The notes under the pieces: generated by a model
What the model was told of the DNA's origin: nothing
Databases searched by the model: none
What the model saw: only the letters and a program-made list of their open reading frames with translations
Part shown: one piece after another, positions 37,305 to 49,482 of the stretch
Numbering within the stretch: position 1 is the stretch's first letter
Layout: each line of letters begins with the position of its first letter
Program-made: the position numbers and the translations under genes
From: Mobula hypostoma
Taxonomy: Eukaryota
Assembly (NCBI RefSeq): GCF_963921235.1
Contig: NC_086097.1
Location: 7,316,001-7,380,000 of the forward strand
Reading direction: 5' to 3'
Length of the DNA stretch: 64,000 nt

Positions 37305-37592
37305 TTATTTTTATTTATTTTATTACTTTATAGATAGGTAGATTGTGGAATGGACCCCTCAGTACAGCAAGCCACTCTGCCCAGCAACTCACTTATTTAA
37401 CTCTTTATCAACACTAACCAATTAACCTGCGAACCGGTACGTATTTGGACTGTGGGCAGAAACGGGAGCACCTGGAGCAAATCAATATGCTCTCAGGAAT
37501 GACATAGAAAGCTCTTACAGACAACACTGGAATAGAACTCCCAACTCCGATGCCCCGAGCTGTTATAGTGTTGTGCTAACCACTATGCTACC
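37305..37592 (-). mobile_element. V-SINE
   Basis: V-core TTTGGACTGTGGGCAGAAACGGGAGCACCTGGAG with a T-rich tail on the + strand. Confidence 0.65.
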
Positions 37593-38289
37593 AAGTGTGA
37601 AGGGTTTCTGCGCGGGTGGTGGTGGCAAAGATCATTAATTTGTTCAAAGGCTTTTAGTTAGGAACATGAGTGTGCAGGAAATGAAGGGATATGAGACATT
37701 GTGCAAGTTGAATGGATTAATTTAGTTGGGTATTTGATTACTAATTTAATTATTTTGGCACAACATTGTGGGTCGAAGGACTGTTCCTGTGGTGCTGTGT
37801 ATGATAGTGAAGTGGATTAATAGAGGAGTTGTTGAATTCAGTCCAGACACCAAAACATGCCTGGTACGAGGGTTATTCCTCAAGTTTATAGTGGACTTCT
37901 TTTATGACAATGCAGTTTGGCACAACTTGATGGGTCAGAAAGGAATGAAGAATATGTCAATGTGGAGTAGAGAATGAGTTTGTAAATGTGGTGGGAGCAA
38001 ACGATGTTGGGAATAGTGAGGGTGGAGCGCTGAGGGTGGGGTGTGGGCGGGTGGCAGAGAAGGACTGCCAGGCGTGGGGGTGCTGACGTGGGTGTCGACA
38101 TACTGAGCCCTGAGACACCAGGCCAGCTTATTTGATTCCAAACAATTGGTTTATTGATCATTACAGAATGTCTCTCTGGTGTATCCCACTCCCTCCCCTC
38201 TCCCTTTCCCTTTCCCCAACCATGATTCCCATCTTCCTGCCCCCTTCCCACTCTCTGCCTGCAATAGAGACTCATATCAGAGTTTTTTG

Positions 38290-38765
38290 AATTTTTTAAA
38301 ATTGAATTGACTTTATTTCTTGCATCCTTCACACACGATGAGTAAAAATCTTTATGTTACATCTCCATCCAAATGTGCAATGTGCAATCATAGTAATTTA
38401 TAAAAAATTATAATAAATAGAACAGTCAATGTAACATAGAAGTCACTCAAATCAGTCTGATGGCCTGGTAGAAGAAGCTTATCCCGGAGCTTGTTGGTCC
38501 TAGATTTTAAGCTGCGGTACCATTTCCCGGATGGTAGCAGCTGGAATAGATTGTGGTTGGGGTGACTCAGGTCCTCAATGATCCTTCCGGCCCTTTTTTC
38601 ACACCTGTCTCTGTAAGTGTCCTGAATAGTGGGAAGTTCACAACTACAGATGCGCTGGGCTGTCCACACCACTCTCTGTGGAATCCTGCCTTTGAGGGAG
38701 GTACAGTTCCCATACCAGGCAGTGATGCAGCCAGTCCAGATGCTGTCAGTTGTGCCCCAGTAGAA
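38290..38765 (-). mobile_element. Rex1/Babar 3' fragment
   Basis: TGCITAWYGNC...LQLLPSGKWYRSL-type C-terminus in ORF 38388-38831. Confidence 0.8.
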
Positions 38766-38889
38766 AGGTTTATGACACTCACATATGTCATGAAATGTGT
38801 TTTTTTTAGGCAGCAGTACGGCGCAATACATAAAATTACTACAGTGCTGTGCAAAAGTATTAGGTGTCCTGGCTATATATGTGCTGGTT

Positions 38890-39919
38890 TAAGATGGTGT
38901 TTGTGACGCCCAGTGACTTCTTACGGGTGGCAAACAAAACAAAGAATATAACTAAATACTTTATTGACAACACATTCTTGTCAAACTTACAATCAGTGCA
39001 AACAATGGAGAGGCGAACGAAGGAGAGAATTGAACCGTACAGTTGTGAGGCAAAGTATAGGTGAGGTCAAGGCATATTCGAGGCCAAGTCAGGGTGAGGT
39101 TGAAACATATTTGAAGCAAAATCAGAGCGAGCGGAGTGGAGCAAAGTCTGAGTGGAGGAGAGATGGATTCGAGGCCCGTCCACCTAAACCAACAGAAAGG
39201 TTTGATTGATCTATGTGCCAGGCTGATTTGGAAAGGTTGGGTATGGGCTAAAACATGGCGGTAGGGGTCCAGGCCCAGAGCACACCAATGTGATAAGCCC
39301 GGGCCCCAGTGTGAGGAATGACCCAATGTTTCAATGATGCAAACGCTGGGCCAGATGGATTGAAAAGGTAGGGTGTCAGGATAAGAGGCGAGGGTTAGGC
39401 CATTCCGTTTGCTGCTCCACAACGTTTACTCAGCTCTGTGCTGAACTGAGGCTGAGGCTGTGGCCTAGTCTGGATTCTCCAGGTCTGTATCTGAATGTCT
39501 GTGATGTATACTCGGCTTTGCGCTGAACTGAGGCTGAGGCTGTGGCCTACTCTGGATTCTCCGGGTCTGTGTCTGAATGTCTGTGATGTATACTCGGCTT
39601 TGCACTGAACTGAGGCTGAGGCTGTGGCCTACTCTGGATTCTCCAGGTCTGTGTTTAAATGCTCCACAATGTTTACTCAGCTCTTGCTGAACTGAGGCTG
39701 TGGCTGCATGTCTGTGTCTTCGTGTCTGTAGACTCACTTTTGCTCTAAATGTTATTTGTTTACTTTCATTGCTTGCATGATTTGCTTCTTTTCTCTTTGT
39801 ACATTGGGTTCTTGATGGTCTTATATAGGTTCTTTTGGGTTTCTTTGTTTTGTGGCTGCCTGTAAGGAGACAAAGCTCACGGTTGTATACCTACAATGAT
39901 AATAAATGTACTTTGAACT
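38890..39919 (+). mobile_element. Non-autonomous LINE-derived element (Rex1/L2-like ends)
   Basis: Begins AAGATGGTG and ends TGATAATAAATGTACTTTGAACT, like the tail at 6478-6503. No coding remnant. Confidence 0.45.
39441..39705 (+). repeat. 82-bp tandem repeat, about 3.2 units
   Basis: CTGAACTGAGGCTG starts at 39441, 39523, 39605 and 39687. Confidence 0.9.
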
Positions 39920-40597
39920 GCCCTTAAGGCTTCTGCACAGTATTGTAGGTCATAGTACAATACAGTACAGGCCCTTCGGTCCACAATGTTGTGCTGATCT
40001 TTTAACCTAACACACAATCTCAGCCTTCCCTCTCATATTGCTCATAAACTTCAATTTTCCTTCATCCACGTGCCTACATAAGAGTCTTTTAAATGCCCCA
40101 AATGTATTTGCCTCTCCCACCACCCCTGGCAGGGCATTCCAGGTACCATCACTCTCTGTTTAAAACAAAACTACCCCTGACATCTTATTATTCTTAACTC
40201 GAGACTTGGCCCATCCTTGCAGAGAATGGATAAGAGCATGTTATTTTGACACTGTCCAAGGAAACATCATGGCATCATTGAGTCACAGGACTCAACAGCA
40301 AAGAAACAGGCCCTTTGGCCCATCTAGCTCATGCCTGGTCCCATCAACCTGCGCTTGGACCATAACCTAGACATCAATGACCAAAAGCCATCAGACTTCT
40401 AAGTGGGCAATGAATATTACCTCAATATTTTTAGGGCTTTTTTGCACAAATTCAAGTTTTAATAATATATTTCTTAATTGTAATCTCTTATTATTAATAT
40501 GATATTATATTGTAATGCACTGCTGCCACAAAACAACAAATTTTATGACATATGCCAGCGATATTAAACATGACATGAGGAAATCTCCTGACGAAGG

Positions 40598-42095
40598 CGG
40601 GAGACGAGAGGAGAAGATGGCGGTGCACCTGCGTGTGTGCAGCTCCCCAATGAAAATTGATATCGTATCTGTTAAATAGGGGCCGTGGACAATTCTGATT
40701 TGATGGAGAATGGACGTCAAAGGGGATAGGTTGGGTGAGTGGGCAAACTCATGGCAGATGCAATTTAATGTGGATAAATGTGAAGTTATCCACTTTGGTG
40801 GCAAAAATAGGAAAACAGATTATTATCTGAATGGTGGCCGATTAGGAAAAGGGGAGGTGCAACGAGACCTGGGTGTCATTATACACCAGTCATTGAAAGT
40901 GGGCATGCAGGTACAGCAGGCGGTGAAAAAGGCGAACGGTATGCTGGCATTTATAGCGAGAGGATTCGAGTACAGGAGCAGGGAGGTACTACTGCAGTTG
41001 TACAAGGCCTTGGTGAGACCACACCTGGAGTATTGTGTGCAGTTTTGGTCCCCTAATCTGAGGAAAGACATCTTTGCCATAGAGGGAGTACAAAGAAGGT
41101 TCACCAGATTGATTCCTGGGATGGCAGGTCTTTCATATGAAGAAAGACTGGATGAACTGGGCTTGTACTCGTTGGAATTTAGAAGATTGAGGGGGGATCT
41201 GATTGAAACGTATAAGATCCTAAAGGGATTGGACAGGCTAGATGCGGGAAGATTGTTCCCGATGTTGGGGAGGTCCAGAACGAGGGGTCATAGTTTGAGG
41301 ATAGAGGGGAAGCCTTTTAGGACCGAGATTAGGAAAAACTTCTTCACACAGAGAGTGGTGAATCTGTGGAATTCTCTGCCACAGCAAACTGTTGAGGCCA
41401 GTTCATTAGCTATGTTTAAAAGGAAGTTAGATATGGCCCTTGTGGCTACAGGGGTCAGTGGGTATGGAGGGAAGGCTGGGTTCTGAGTTGGATGATCAGC
41501 CATGATCATAATAAATGGCGGTGCAGGCTCGAAGGGCCGAATGGCCTACTCCTGCACCTATTTTCTATGTTTCTATGTTTCTAAAGCACAGAGGAACATC
41601 CGGAGAAATTTCTGAAACGCCCGTTCGCTGCTGTCGTTACTGTGTGGTCGGAAATCTTTTGGAGGGTAGGCCTCAAAATCCCCGGCCTTGCTTGCTTTTG
41701 GCAACCGAGAAGGAGGTCGAATCGCTCGGACAGAGATGGCGCTCAGTACTCGGTGTTGGAGAGCTGATCAGAGCTCGAAGTTTTCGGATGAATCAGAGTC
41801 GGACTGTGGTCGGCATGGCAGGGAGATTTTTTTCTTCCTTCTCCTGTCTGTGTGAGATGTGGGACATTTGAGAAACTTTGAACTTTACTGTGCTCACTGA
41901 CTTCTTCATCAAGTTATGGTATTGTTACACTGTTTGTAACTATATGTTATAATTATGTGGTTTTGTCAGTTTTTTCAGTCTTGGTTTGTCCTGTGTTTTG
42001 CGATATCACACCGGAGGAAATAATATATCATTTCTTAATGCATGCATTACTAAATGACAATAAAAGAGGACTACATGTCTTCATAATCATATCAT
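40598..42095 (+). mobile_element. CpG-rich non-autonomous LINE-derived element (~630 bp excluding the nested CR1)
   Basis: AAGATGGCGG near the 5' end, AATAAA and an ATCAT-type tail. AAGG duplicated at 40594-40597 and 42096-42099. Confidence 0.6.
40723..41582 (+). mobile_element. Young 5'-truncated CR1 with uninterrupted RT C-terminal frame
   Basis: Open frame to the stop at 41486, (TTTCTATG)n tail, AAAG at 40719-40722 and 41583-41586. Confidence 0.92.
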
Positions 42096-42835
42096 AAGGG
42101 TCCCGGCCCTAAACATCGACTGTTTTTTTTCTGTGGTTCTGTCTGGCCTGCTGCATTCCACCAGCATTCTGTGGATATTAAACCTGATTCTGATTCAGAG
42201 TCAGATTTGGATTCCTTCCTCTCTGGTCCCTCATGTCAATCTGGGGAATTCTAGAGATGAATTTCCAGCAACAAGTTCTATGCGGTACGTTAGGAAGGCC
42301 AGAGTAGAAACGTCAGTCATCTTCAGGAAACAAACTGACAGAAACAGTATCAGTCAAACTGTCATGATTTGCAGGCATTCTATATTCCCATTTAATGTAC
42401 GTAACATTACCCTATCACATCCCCTGGCAGGTACTGCACCGATGGAACTGCTGAGCTTTTGCTATCTTTGTTTCAGATTCCAAGCCATTGTGGGTTTCTT
42501 TCTTGTTCATTACAGTGCTTGCCTAGTCCTCTGGGAGCAAATGCAAGTCCTGGCACTCTTCCCATGGAATTTCCGCACTCGGGCAGATTCTGTAAACAAA
42601 ATCTCCCATAGTTTTCAGATTGCAGGAAGATGTCTTTTGTCATTTGAACCTAAATCGGACACTGTGGGAAGTAAGAACAAGATATATCAGAGCATGGTAA
42701 TTGTTCACAATTATTTACATTTTGGAAAATGCTTCCTTGCATTAACATTTATATTTCATATTTTTTTGAGAAGTCTGAAAAATTAAAATGATCAGTTCAA
42801 GTTATTCCCTGAGGCCGTAAAGGGGGAATAATGAT

Positions 42836-42887
<52 letters not shown>

Positions 42888-42908
42888 TTGTGTGTGTGCG
42901 TGCGCGTG
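42836..42908. repeat. (TG)n microsatellite
   Basis: Direct reading. Confidence 0.95.
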
Positions 42909-43539
42909 CATTTAGGTACGTCACAACCGCGGCAGTGCCATGAAGTCAGGGCACTCTCGCAGGCGGGCAGCTGAAAGAAGATGACAATCTCACACGTGAG
43001 AACGCACACATTCCACCTAATTAGGGTTTCTTTGTAGTTGCATTTAATTCTATTCCTTTTGTTTCAGTCTTGTCAAGTCTTGATTGAAGCACAACAATGA
43101 CAACACTCCTGCTTATCTTAGTCCACATTCTGGGCAAGAAATTAATGATTTTGACAGATGTTGTTAAAGGAGTGATACTAATTTAGTTCTAGGTCTCTGC
43201 TTTTGAGCGGCAGTGATGGTGTTAGTTTTTAGTTAGCAGCCCTGTTGGCCTAGTGTTTATTATTTTCCTTTGTTCTGTACAGATCTTATTAAGACTCAGT
43301 AAACTGTACATTCTGTGACTCTCTGTCCATACTTAACCATCACAGAACTCCTATCAAGATACACATGCATTCGATGCATTAATCTGTGCTTGTGAATATG
43401 TGTTTAGATGTGCCCGTGTATAGGTCTGTATCTCTGTGTGTTTATGAGAAAATGAAAACTAATTTCATAAAACTATTCACAGGTTGCTTTAGCTTACTAT
43501 AATCTTGTATTATCACTTGCAGACTGGAAATTACTGGAA

Positions 43540-43893
43540 ACATAGTCATAGTCATAGTCGTACTTTATTAATCCCGGGGGAAATTGGTTTCCGTTACAGT
43601 TGCTCCATAAATAACAAATAGTAATAGAACCATAAATAGTTAAATAGTAATATGTAAATTATGCCAGTAAATTATGAAATAAGTCCAGGACCAGCCTATT
43701 GGCTCAGGGTGTCTGACTCTCCAAGGGAGGAGTTGTAAAGTTTGATGGCCACAGGCAGGAATGACTTCCTATGACGCTCTGTGCTGCATCTCGGTGGAAT
43801 GAGTCTCTGGCTGAATGTACTCCTGTGCCCAACCAGTCCATTATGTAGTGGATGGGAGACATTGTCCAAGATGGCATGCAACTTAGACAGCAT
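43540..43893 (-). mobile_element. Rex1/Babar LINE 3' end
   Basis: Near-identical to 18175-18512; (GACTAT)n tail. Confidence 0.82.
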
Positions 43894-43995
43894 CCATCAT
43901 ATCCATCATCCATGTTTTGAACTGCTAACTTTTCCTTGCCATCACTAGACTTCTCAAAAGTGAGAGCAAGAGGAAATACCTGCCCACTTTCCATG

Positions 43996-44258
43996 GGGTG
44001 GCCCAGTAGCACGGTAGTTAGCATGAGGCTTTACAGTACAGGCGACCCAGGTTGAATTTCAGCCACTGCCTTTAAAGAGTGTGTAGGTATTCTCCGTGAC
44101 TGCATGGGTTTCCTCCAGGATCTCTGCTTTCCTCCCACAGTTCAAAGACTTACTGATTAGTAGATTAATTGGTCATTGTAAATTGTCCCCTGATTGGGCT
44201 GAGATTAAAACTGGGGGATTGCCTATTCTGCACTGTATCTCAAAAGATAAATAAATAA
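43996..44258 (+). mobile_element. V-SINE
   Basis: tRNA-like head, V-core GGGTTTCCTCCAGG...TTTCCTCCCACAG, (TAAA)n tail. Confidence 0.7.
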
Positions 44259-44323
44259 TCAAGGAGCTCCTATAGATGGAGGACATAAAAAAGGGAAGAA
44301 TAAACTAAACATGTTGACAGATT

Positions 44324-44493
44324 AACACATACAAAATGCTGGAGGAATGCAGCAGGTCAGGCAGCATCTATGGAAATGAATAAACAGTTAACAGTTGACT
44401 GTTTATTCATTTCTATAGATGCTGTCTGACCAGTTGAGTTCCTCCAGCATTTTATGTGTGTTGCTCTGGATTTCAAGCATCTGCAGAATCTCT
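44324..44493. mobile_element. Fold-back (palindromic) Penelope-derived insertion
   Basis: 69-bp inverted arms at 44324-44392 and 44394-44462. Flanking direct repeat TGTTGACAGATT at 44312-44323 and 44494-44505. Confidence 0.85.
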
Positions 44494-44940
44494 TGTTGAC
44501 AGATTGGTGGGTGATTTTGTGAGATTTGGGAAGATTGAAAAGAATATTATTTTGTGACTGACTGTGTGTCTCGAACTTGACCTGTCAGTGCTTGAGTCTC
44601 GAAATAGGTGACGGGAAGAGGAAAAAGTGGCAAAGCATTCTGTTCCCCAGCTCTGCAATCCATCACTTTGATAAGTGTGCTCATAAAGACAAAACACCAA
44701 CTAAGACATCTGAGCTGATACAGGATAAAACACCTTATTGCACTTTCGATGACAATTCTGTCTGAGTGGTCATACACTTCACTTCAGCTATGTTGTGCCC
44801 ACGGCTAGACATCTTTCAAAGGATTGTAGAATTCCTTTAAGAATGGCAATTTTGATTCAACTTCCACAAATCATGCCAAGCCGAGCACAGGCTTCCAAGA
44901 AGGTTGAGTGCACCTTGTCACAATAAATAATTTGGAGGTA

Positions 44941-45075
44941 AAGCCCTGTCGAATGGTCTCGCCCCAAAACATCGAGTGTATTATCTTTCCACAGAAGCTG
45001 CCTGGCCTGCTGAGTTCCTCCAGCAATTTGTGTTCATTGCTCAGATTTCCAGCATCTGCAGATTTTCTCTTGTTC
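44941..45075 (+). mobile_element. Short Penelope-derived insertion, degenerate hammerhead
   Basis: Shared 3' block; TSD GAGGTA at 44935-44940 and 45076-45081. Confidence 0.75.
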
Positions 45076-45246
45076 GAGGTAGAGGCGATTATTTTGTTCA
45101 GGCTTTGGACGTCTTTCCGAAAACACACACCAACCCATGAACCCATCCGATGCAGAAAATGGTTGTAAGTTGCAAGTATCCTCAGCCTGTTGAACAAAGT
45201 GTTCATGTCATTTTGTGATGGACAGCACTCAGTAAACACACTCTTT

Positions 45247-45251
45247 ACACA

Positions 45252-45292
<41 letters not shown>
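45247..45292. repeat. (CA)n microsatellite
   Basis: Direct reading. Confidence 0.95.
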
Positions 45293-45297
<5 letters not shown>

Positions 45298-45391
45298 TTG
45301 CCTATTTATTCTGCTGTCGTCACACTGAATATGCACACTTGAATGTTGTCTCTGATTTAGTCTCAAAACGGGTTCTAAACTGAGTTTATAT

Positions 45392-45543
45392 AACTCTTCC
45401 TTCAGTTAGTCCTGACAAAGGGTCTCGGCCTGAAACGTCGACTGCACCTCTTCCTACAGATGCTGCTTGGCCTGCTGCGTTCACCAGCAACTTTGATGTA
45501 TGTTGCTTGAATTTCCAGCATCTGCAGAATTCCTGTTGTTTGC
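45392..45543 (+). mobile_element. Short Penelope-derived insertion with hammerhead (45407-45444, core CTGACAA)
   Basis: TSD GTTTATAT at 45384-45391 and 45544-45551. All stems intact, one core substitution. Confidence 0.85.
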
Positions 45544-45819
45544 GTTTATATGGTCGGATTGCTTTTATGGTATTTTTCCTGCCATACACAGAAAAATATT
45601 CCATTTCTTTAGTAATGGGAATGGGTAAATGTGTATATGTTTTTTGTATACTGTATTTGAGTTAGATGCTTCTGCTTGTTTTGTAATTTGATTGTAATTA
45701 CATTGTGGGGTGCATCATACTGTGATTCATGTGTAGTCTAAGATAACTATGATGTTAATTAAAGATGGTATGTCCTGATGTGTGAGAAAAGGAGCCGATC
45801 ACCCTTAGTCAGGAAGAAA

Positions 45820-46430
45820 GATAGGTAGATAGATAGATAGATATACTTTATTGATCCAGAGGGAAATTGGGTTTCGTTACAGCCACACCAACCAAGAATA
45901 GAGCATAAATATAGCAATACAAAAAAACACAAACAATCAAACAACAAAATGCAAACTATGCCAGATGGAAAAAAGTCCAGGACCAGTCTATTGGCTCAGG
46001 GTGTCTGACCCTCCATGGGAGGAGCTGCAAGTTTGATAGCCAGAGGCAGGAACAACCTCCTGTGCCGCCCAGTGTTGAATCTCAGTGGAATATGGCCGAA
46101 GTCCAACAGTAAAAAGTTCAATATCTGGTCTACAAACACGTTCCTCGATCATAATATGACCTGGATTGCACCATCTGTTGTTAACCAGAACAGTAAGCAC
46201 CCAACTCCTTTACGCTTACTGCTCTCAGTGCACTTCCGGTCAGCTGAAACGGTTTGGAAGCCGTCCATGGAGAAGTTTTGATCGGGTATGTCCTCGTGCA
46301 GCCCCGTTCCAGTGAAACACATAACACTGCACTCCCGAAATGTTCTCTGATGCCTGGCTAGTGCCGTGAACTCATCCATTTTATTACCCACCGAACTCCT
46401 CTTCTCCATAAGTCTCTGTTGTCTCGAGAT
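45820..46430 (-). mobile_element. Internally deleted Rex1/Babar element (EN N-terminus fused to 3' end)
   Basis: NKMDE...VMCFT...VNNRWC...LRPY joins at about 46085 to a 3' end like that at 18326-18430; (TATC)n tail. Confidence 0.8.
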
Positions 46431-46749
46431 CAGGACTATCAGGAGTTCACACTGGTTAAAAATAGTATGGAGCTATGTATTGTGCTTTCTGGTAGATACC
46501 TTTTTGTAAATATTGGTGGTCCTCACTATTTTATCCAAATTTTGTAAGTTTGATTTTTGATGTATCTAATAAAAACCCTTACCCTAAAGAACTGAGTGAC
46601 TCCAGACATTTTTTCCTTTCGTCATAACTCACGTATCTAACAATTTCCTTGCCTTTATTTGTTTTCAGTTGCACAGATTGTTTCTCAGAACAAGTTACAT
46701 TAAAATTCAGTTGAACGAAGCTAGGTGTGAAATGCATGAGAAACGTCAG

Positions 46750-47155
46750 ATGGCTCTGGGCCAGAGTTCAGAAGAATGAAAGGGGATCTCACTGAAATCT
46801 ATCGAATTTTGAAAGATCGAGATAGAGTGGATGTGGAGAGGATATTTCCCATAGTGGAGGAATCTGGGACCAGAGGACACAGCCTCAGAACAGGGGGGCG
46901 TCCATTTAGAACAGAGATGAGGAAGAACTTTTTCATCCAGAGGGTAGTGAATCTATGGGGGCCAAGTCACTGAGTATATTTAAAGCAGAGGTTGATAGGT
47001 TATTGATCAGTCCAAGTCATCAAAGGTTGTTGGGATAAGACTGGAGAATGGACTTGAGAGGGATAATAAATCAGCCATGATGGAATGGTGGAACAGACTC
47101 AATGGACTGAATGGCCTAATTCTGGCCAATGTTTTATGGTCTCATAGTCTTAAGT
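46750..47155 (+). mobile_element. CR1 3' fragment
   Basis: GDLTEIYRIL...TRGHSL...NFFIQRVVNLW. Confidence 0.85.
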
Positions 47156-47591
47156 CTTGTACTCTCTGAGTGAAGTGAGTAACCACAGAGGATAGTAAAA
47201 CCACCGAGAGGATCACTGCAGTCTCCTTTCTCCTTATTTGTGACGTTTACTGCGAGCGTTGTATACAAAAGTCCTAAAGCATTGTTGAGGGTCCCTACCA
47301 CCCACCCCATAATCTCTTTGACCCATTACTGTCAGGCAGGAAGTACAGGAGCATCAGAACTAGCACTGCCACACTGCAGAACAGCTTCTTCCCTCAGGCT
47401 GCGAGACTAATGAATATCTTGACACCACTGAGGTCTCGTCACTAAAATTGTAAGCTGTTTACTGTTTACCTAATCTGCACACTTCACATGCATTTTGAAT
47501 TATATTGTATCAATTTATTTGTGGTAATATTTTGTTTTATATGCTGTGTGTGATCATGGCCCAGAGGAACTTTGTTTCATTTGGTTGTATA

Positions 47592-49217
47592 CAGTGCCTA
47601 TAAAACGTATTTACCCTCCCCCCCCTTCGAAGTTTTTATGTTTTATTGTTTTACAACATTGAATCACAGTGGATTTAATTTGGCTTTTGCTTACACTGAT
47701 AAATTGATCAAAAGAAAAAGAATCTTTTGTGTCAAAGTGAAAACAGATCTCCACAAAGTGATTTAAATTAATTAGAAATATAAAACACAAAATAATTGAT
47801 TGCATAAGTATTCACCCCCTTTAAAATGATTCAACAAATCATCACTGATGCAGCCAATTGGTTTTAGAAGTCACAGAACTACTTAAATGGGGATTATAGT
47901 GTGCAGTCAAGGTATTTTGATTGATTACAATCAATTGAATATACACATTGACTGCACACTATAAATATACACCTACCTGTATCTGGAAGGTCAAGTTGCT
48001 GGTGAGTCAGTATCCTGGCAAAAGCTACACCATGATGACAAAAGAACACTCAGAGTAACTCTGAAAAAAGATTGTTGAAAAGCACAAGTCAGAAGACGGA
48101 TACAAGAAAATTTCCAAGTCACTTAACATCCCTTGGAGAACAGTTTAGTGAATCATTGAGAAACGGAAAGAATATAGCACTGCTGTAAATCTGACTAGAG
48201 CAGGCCTCACAATCTGAGTGACCATGTAAAAAGGAGTCTAGTGAGGGAAGCCACTGGAAGTTCTCTGGAGGAGTTACAAGCTTCAGTGGCTGAGGTGGGA
48301 GAGACTGCACATACAACAACAGTTGCCAAGGTGCTTCACCAGTCGTAGCTTTATGGAAGAGTAGCAAAGAGAAAGCCACTGTTTAAAAAAAACTTAAATG
48401 AAATCCCAGATAGAGTTTGCCAGAAGGCATGTGGGAGACTCTGAAGTTAGGTGGAAGAAGGTTCTATGGTCTGATGAAATCAGAATTTTTAGCTATCAGA
48501 CTAAACACGTCATCAAAAACACACCTTCCCTACCATGAAGTATGGTGATTGGTGCATCATTTTGTAAGAATACTTCATTGCAGCAGTCCCTGGAAGGCTT
48601 GTGAAGGGTAGGGGGTAAAATGAATGCAGCAAAACACAGGGAAATTCTGAAGGAAAACCTGATGCAGTCTCCAAGAGAACTGCAACTTGGGAGAAGATTT
48701 GTTTTCCGGCAAGAAAATGACCCTGGGCAGAAAGCCAAAGCTACACAGGAATGGCTTAAAAACAACAAAGTTAATGTCGTGGAGTGGCCAAGTCAGAGTC
48801 TAGACCTCAATCCACTTGAGAATTTGTGGCTGGACTTGAAAAGGGCTGTTCACCCATGATCCCCATGCAATCTGACAGAGCTTGAGCAGTTCTGTAACGA
48901 AGAATGGGGAAAAATGTAGTGTCAGATGTGCAAAGCTGATAGAGACCTATCCACACAGACTCAAGGGTTGGAATTGCTGCTGAAGGTGTAGCTACTAGAT
49001 ACTGATTTGAAGGGGATGAACACCCAGACCATCAATTATTTTGTGTATTATAATTGAAATTAATTTGGATCATTTTGTAGAGATCTATTTTCACTATGAC
49101 ACAAAAGTATCCTTTTCTGTTGATCAGTGTCAAAAAATCTAAATGAAAACCACTGTGATTCAATGTTGTAAAATAATAAGACATGAAAGTTTCCATGAAT
49201 ACAATTTATTGGCACTG
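47592..49217 (+). mobile_element. Full-length Tc1 transposon with long TIRs, dead transposase (about 48032-49006)
   Basis: TA-CAGTGCC...GGCACTG-TA with inverted repeats of roughly 200 bp. Motifs GYKKISK, VLWSDE, FRQENDP and WPSQSLDLNPLENLW. Confidence 0.92.
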
Positions 49218-49440
49218 TAAGTGTACTGCCAAGTGGCAATAAACTTAAGCATGAATTTGAACTTGGCAGGGATATCCAGGTACTATGGATATTTGAAGTT
49301 TCCTTAGAATGGGGACTGGAATGCATTGCCTGGGGTGGTGGTAGAGGCAGATACATTAGGGACTGGAAATAATTCGGGAAATGTAAAGATTAGGTTGATG
49401 ATGGTTAGGTTGAGTTGTTCTCTGATCTTGACCATTTACT

Positions 49441-49482
49441 TGCAAACGTTTCATCACCATGTGAGGAGACATCATCAGCACG
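49441..49482 (-). ncRNA. Second-family minimal hammerhead ribozyme (degenerate)
   Basis: Minus strand CTGATGA-T-GTCTCC-TCACAT-GGTGAT-GAAA-CG-TT/TGCA, inside a ~250-bp insert that interrupts a CR1 3' end. Confidence 0.6.

Noticed and set aside
39441..39705. Regularly spaced repeats resembling a CRISPR array
   Set aside because: The would-be spacers are identical; it is a tandem repeat in vertebrate DNA with no cas genes.
42133..42786. 217-aa ORF in partly unique sequence
   Set aside because: Non-ATG start inside a Penelope repeat, no recognisable domain, composition like random sequence.
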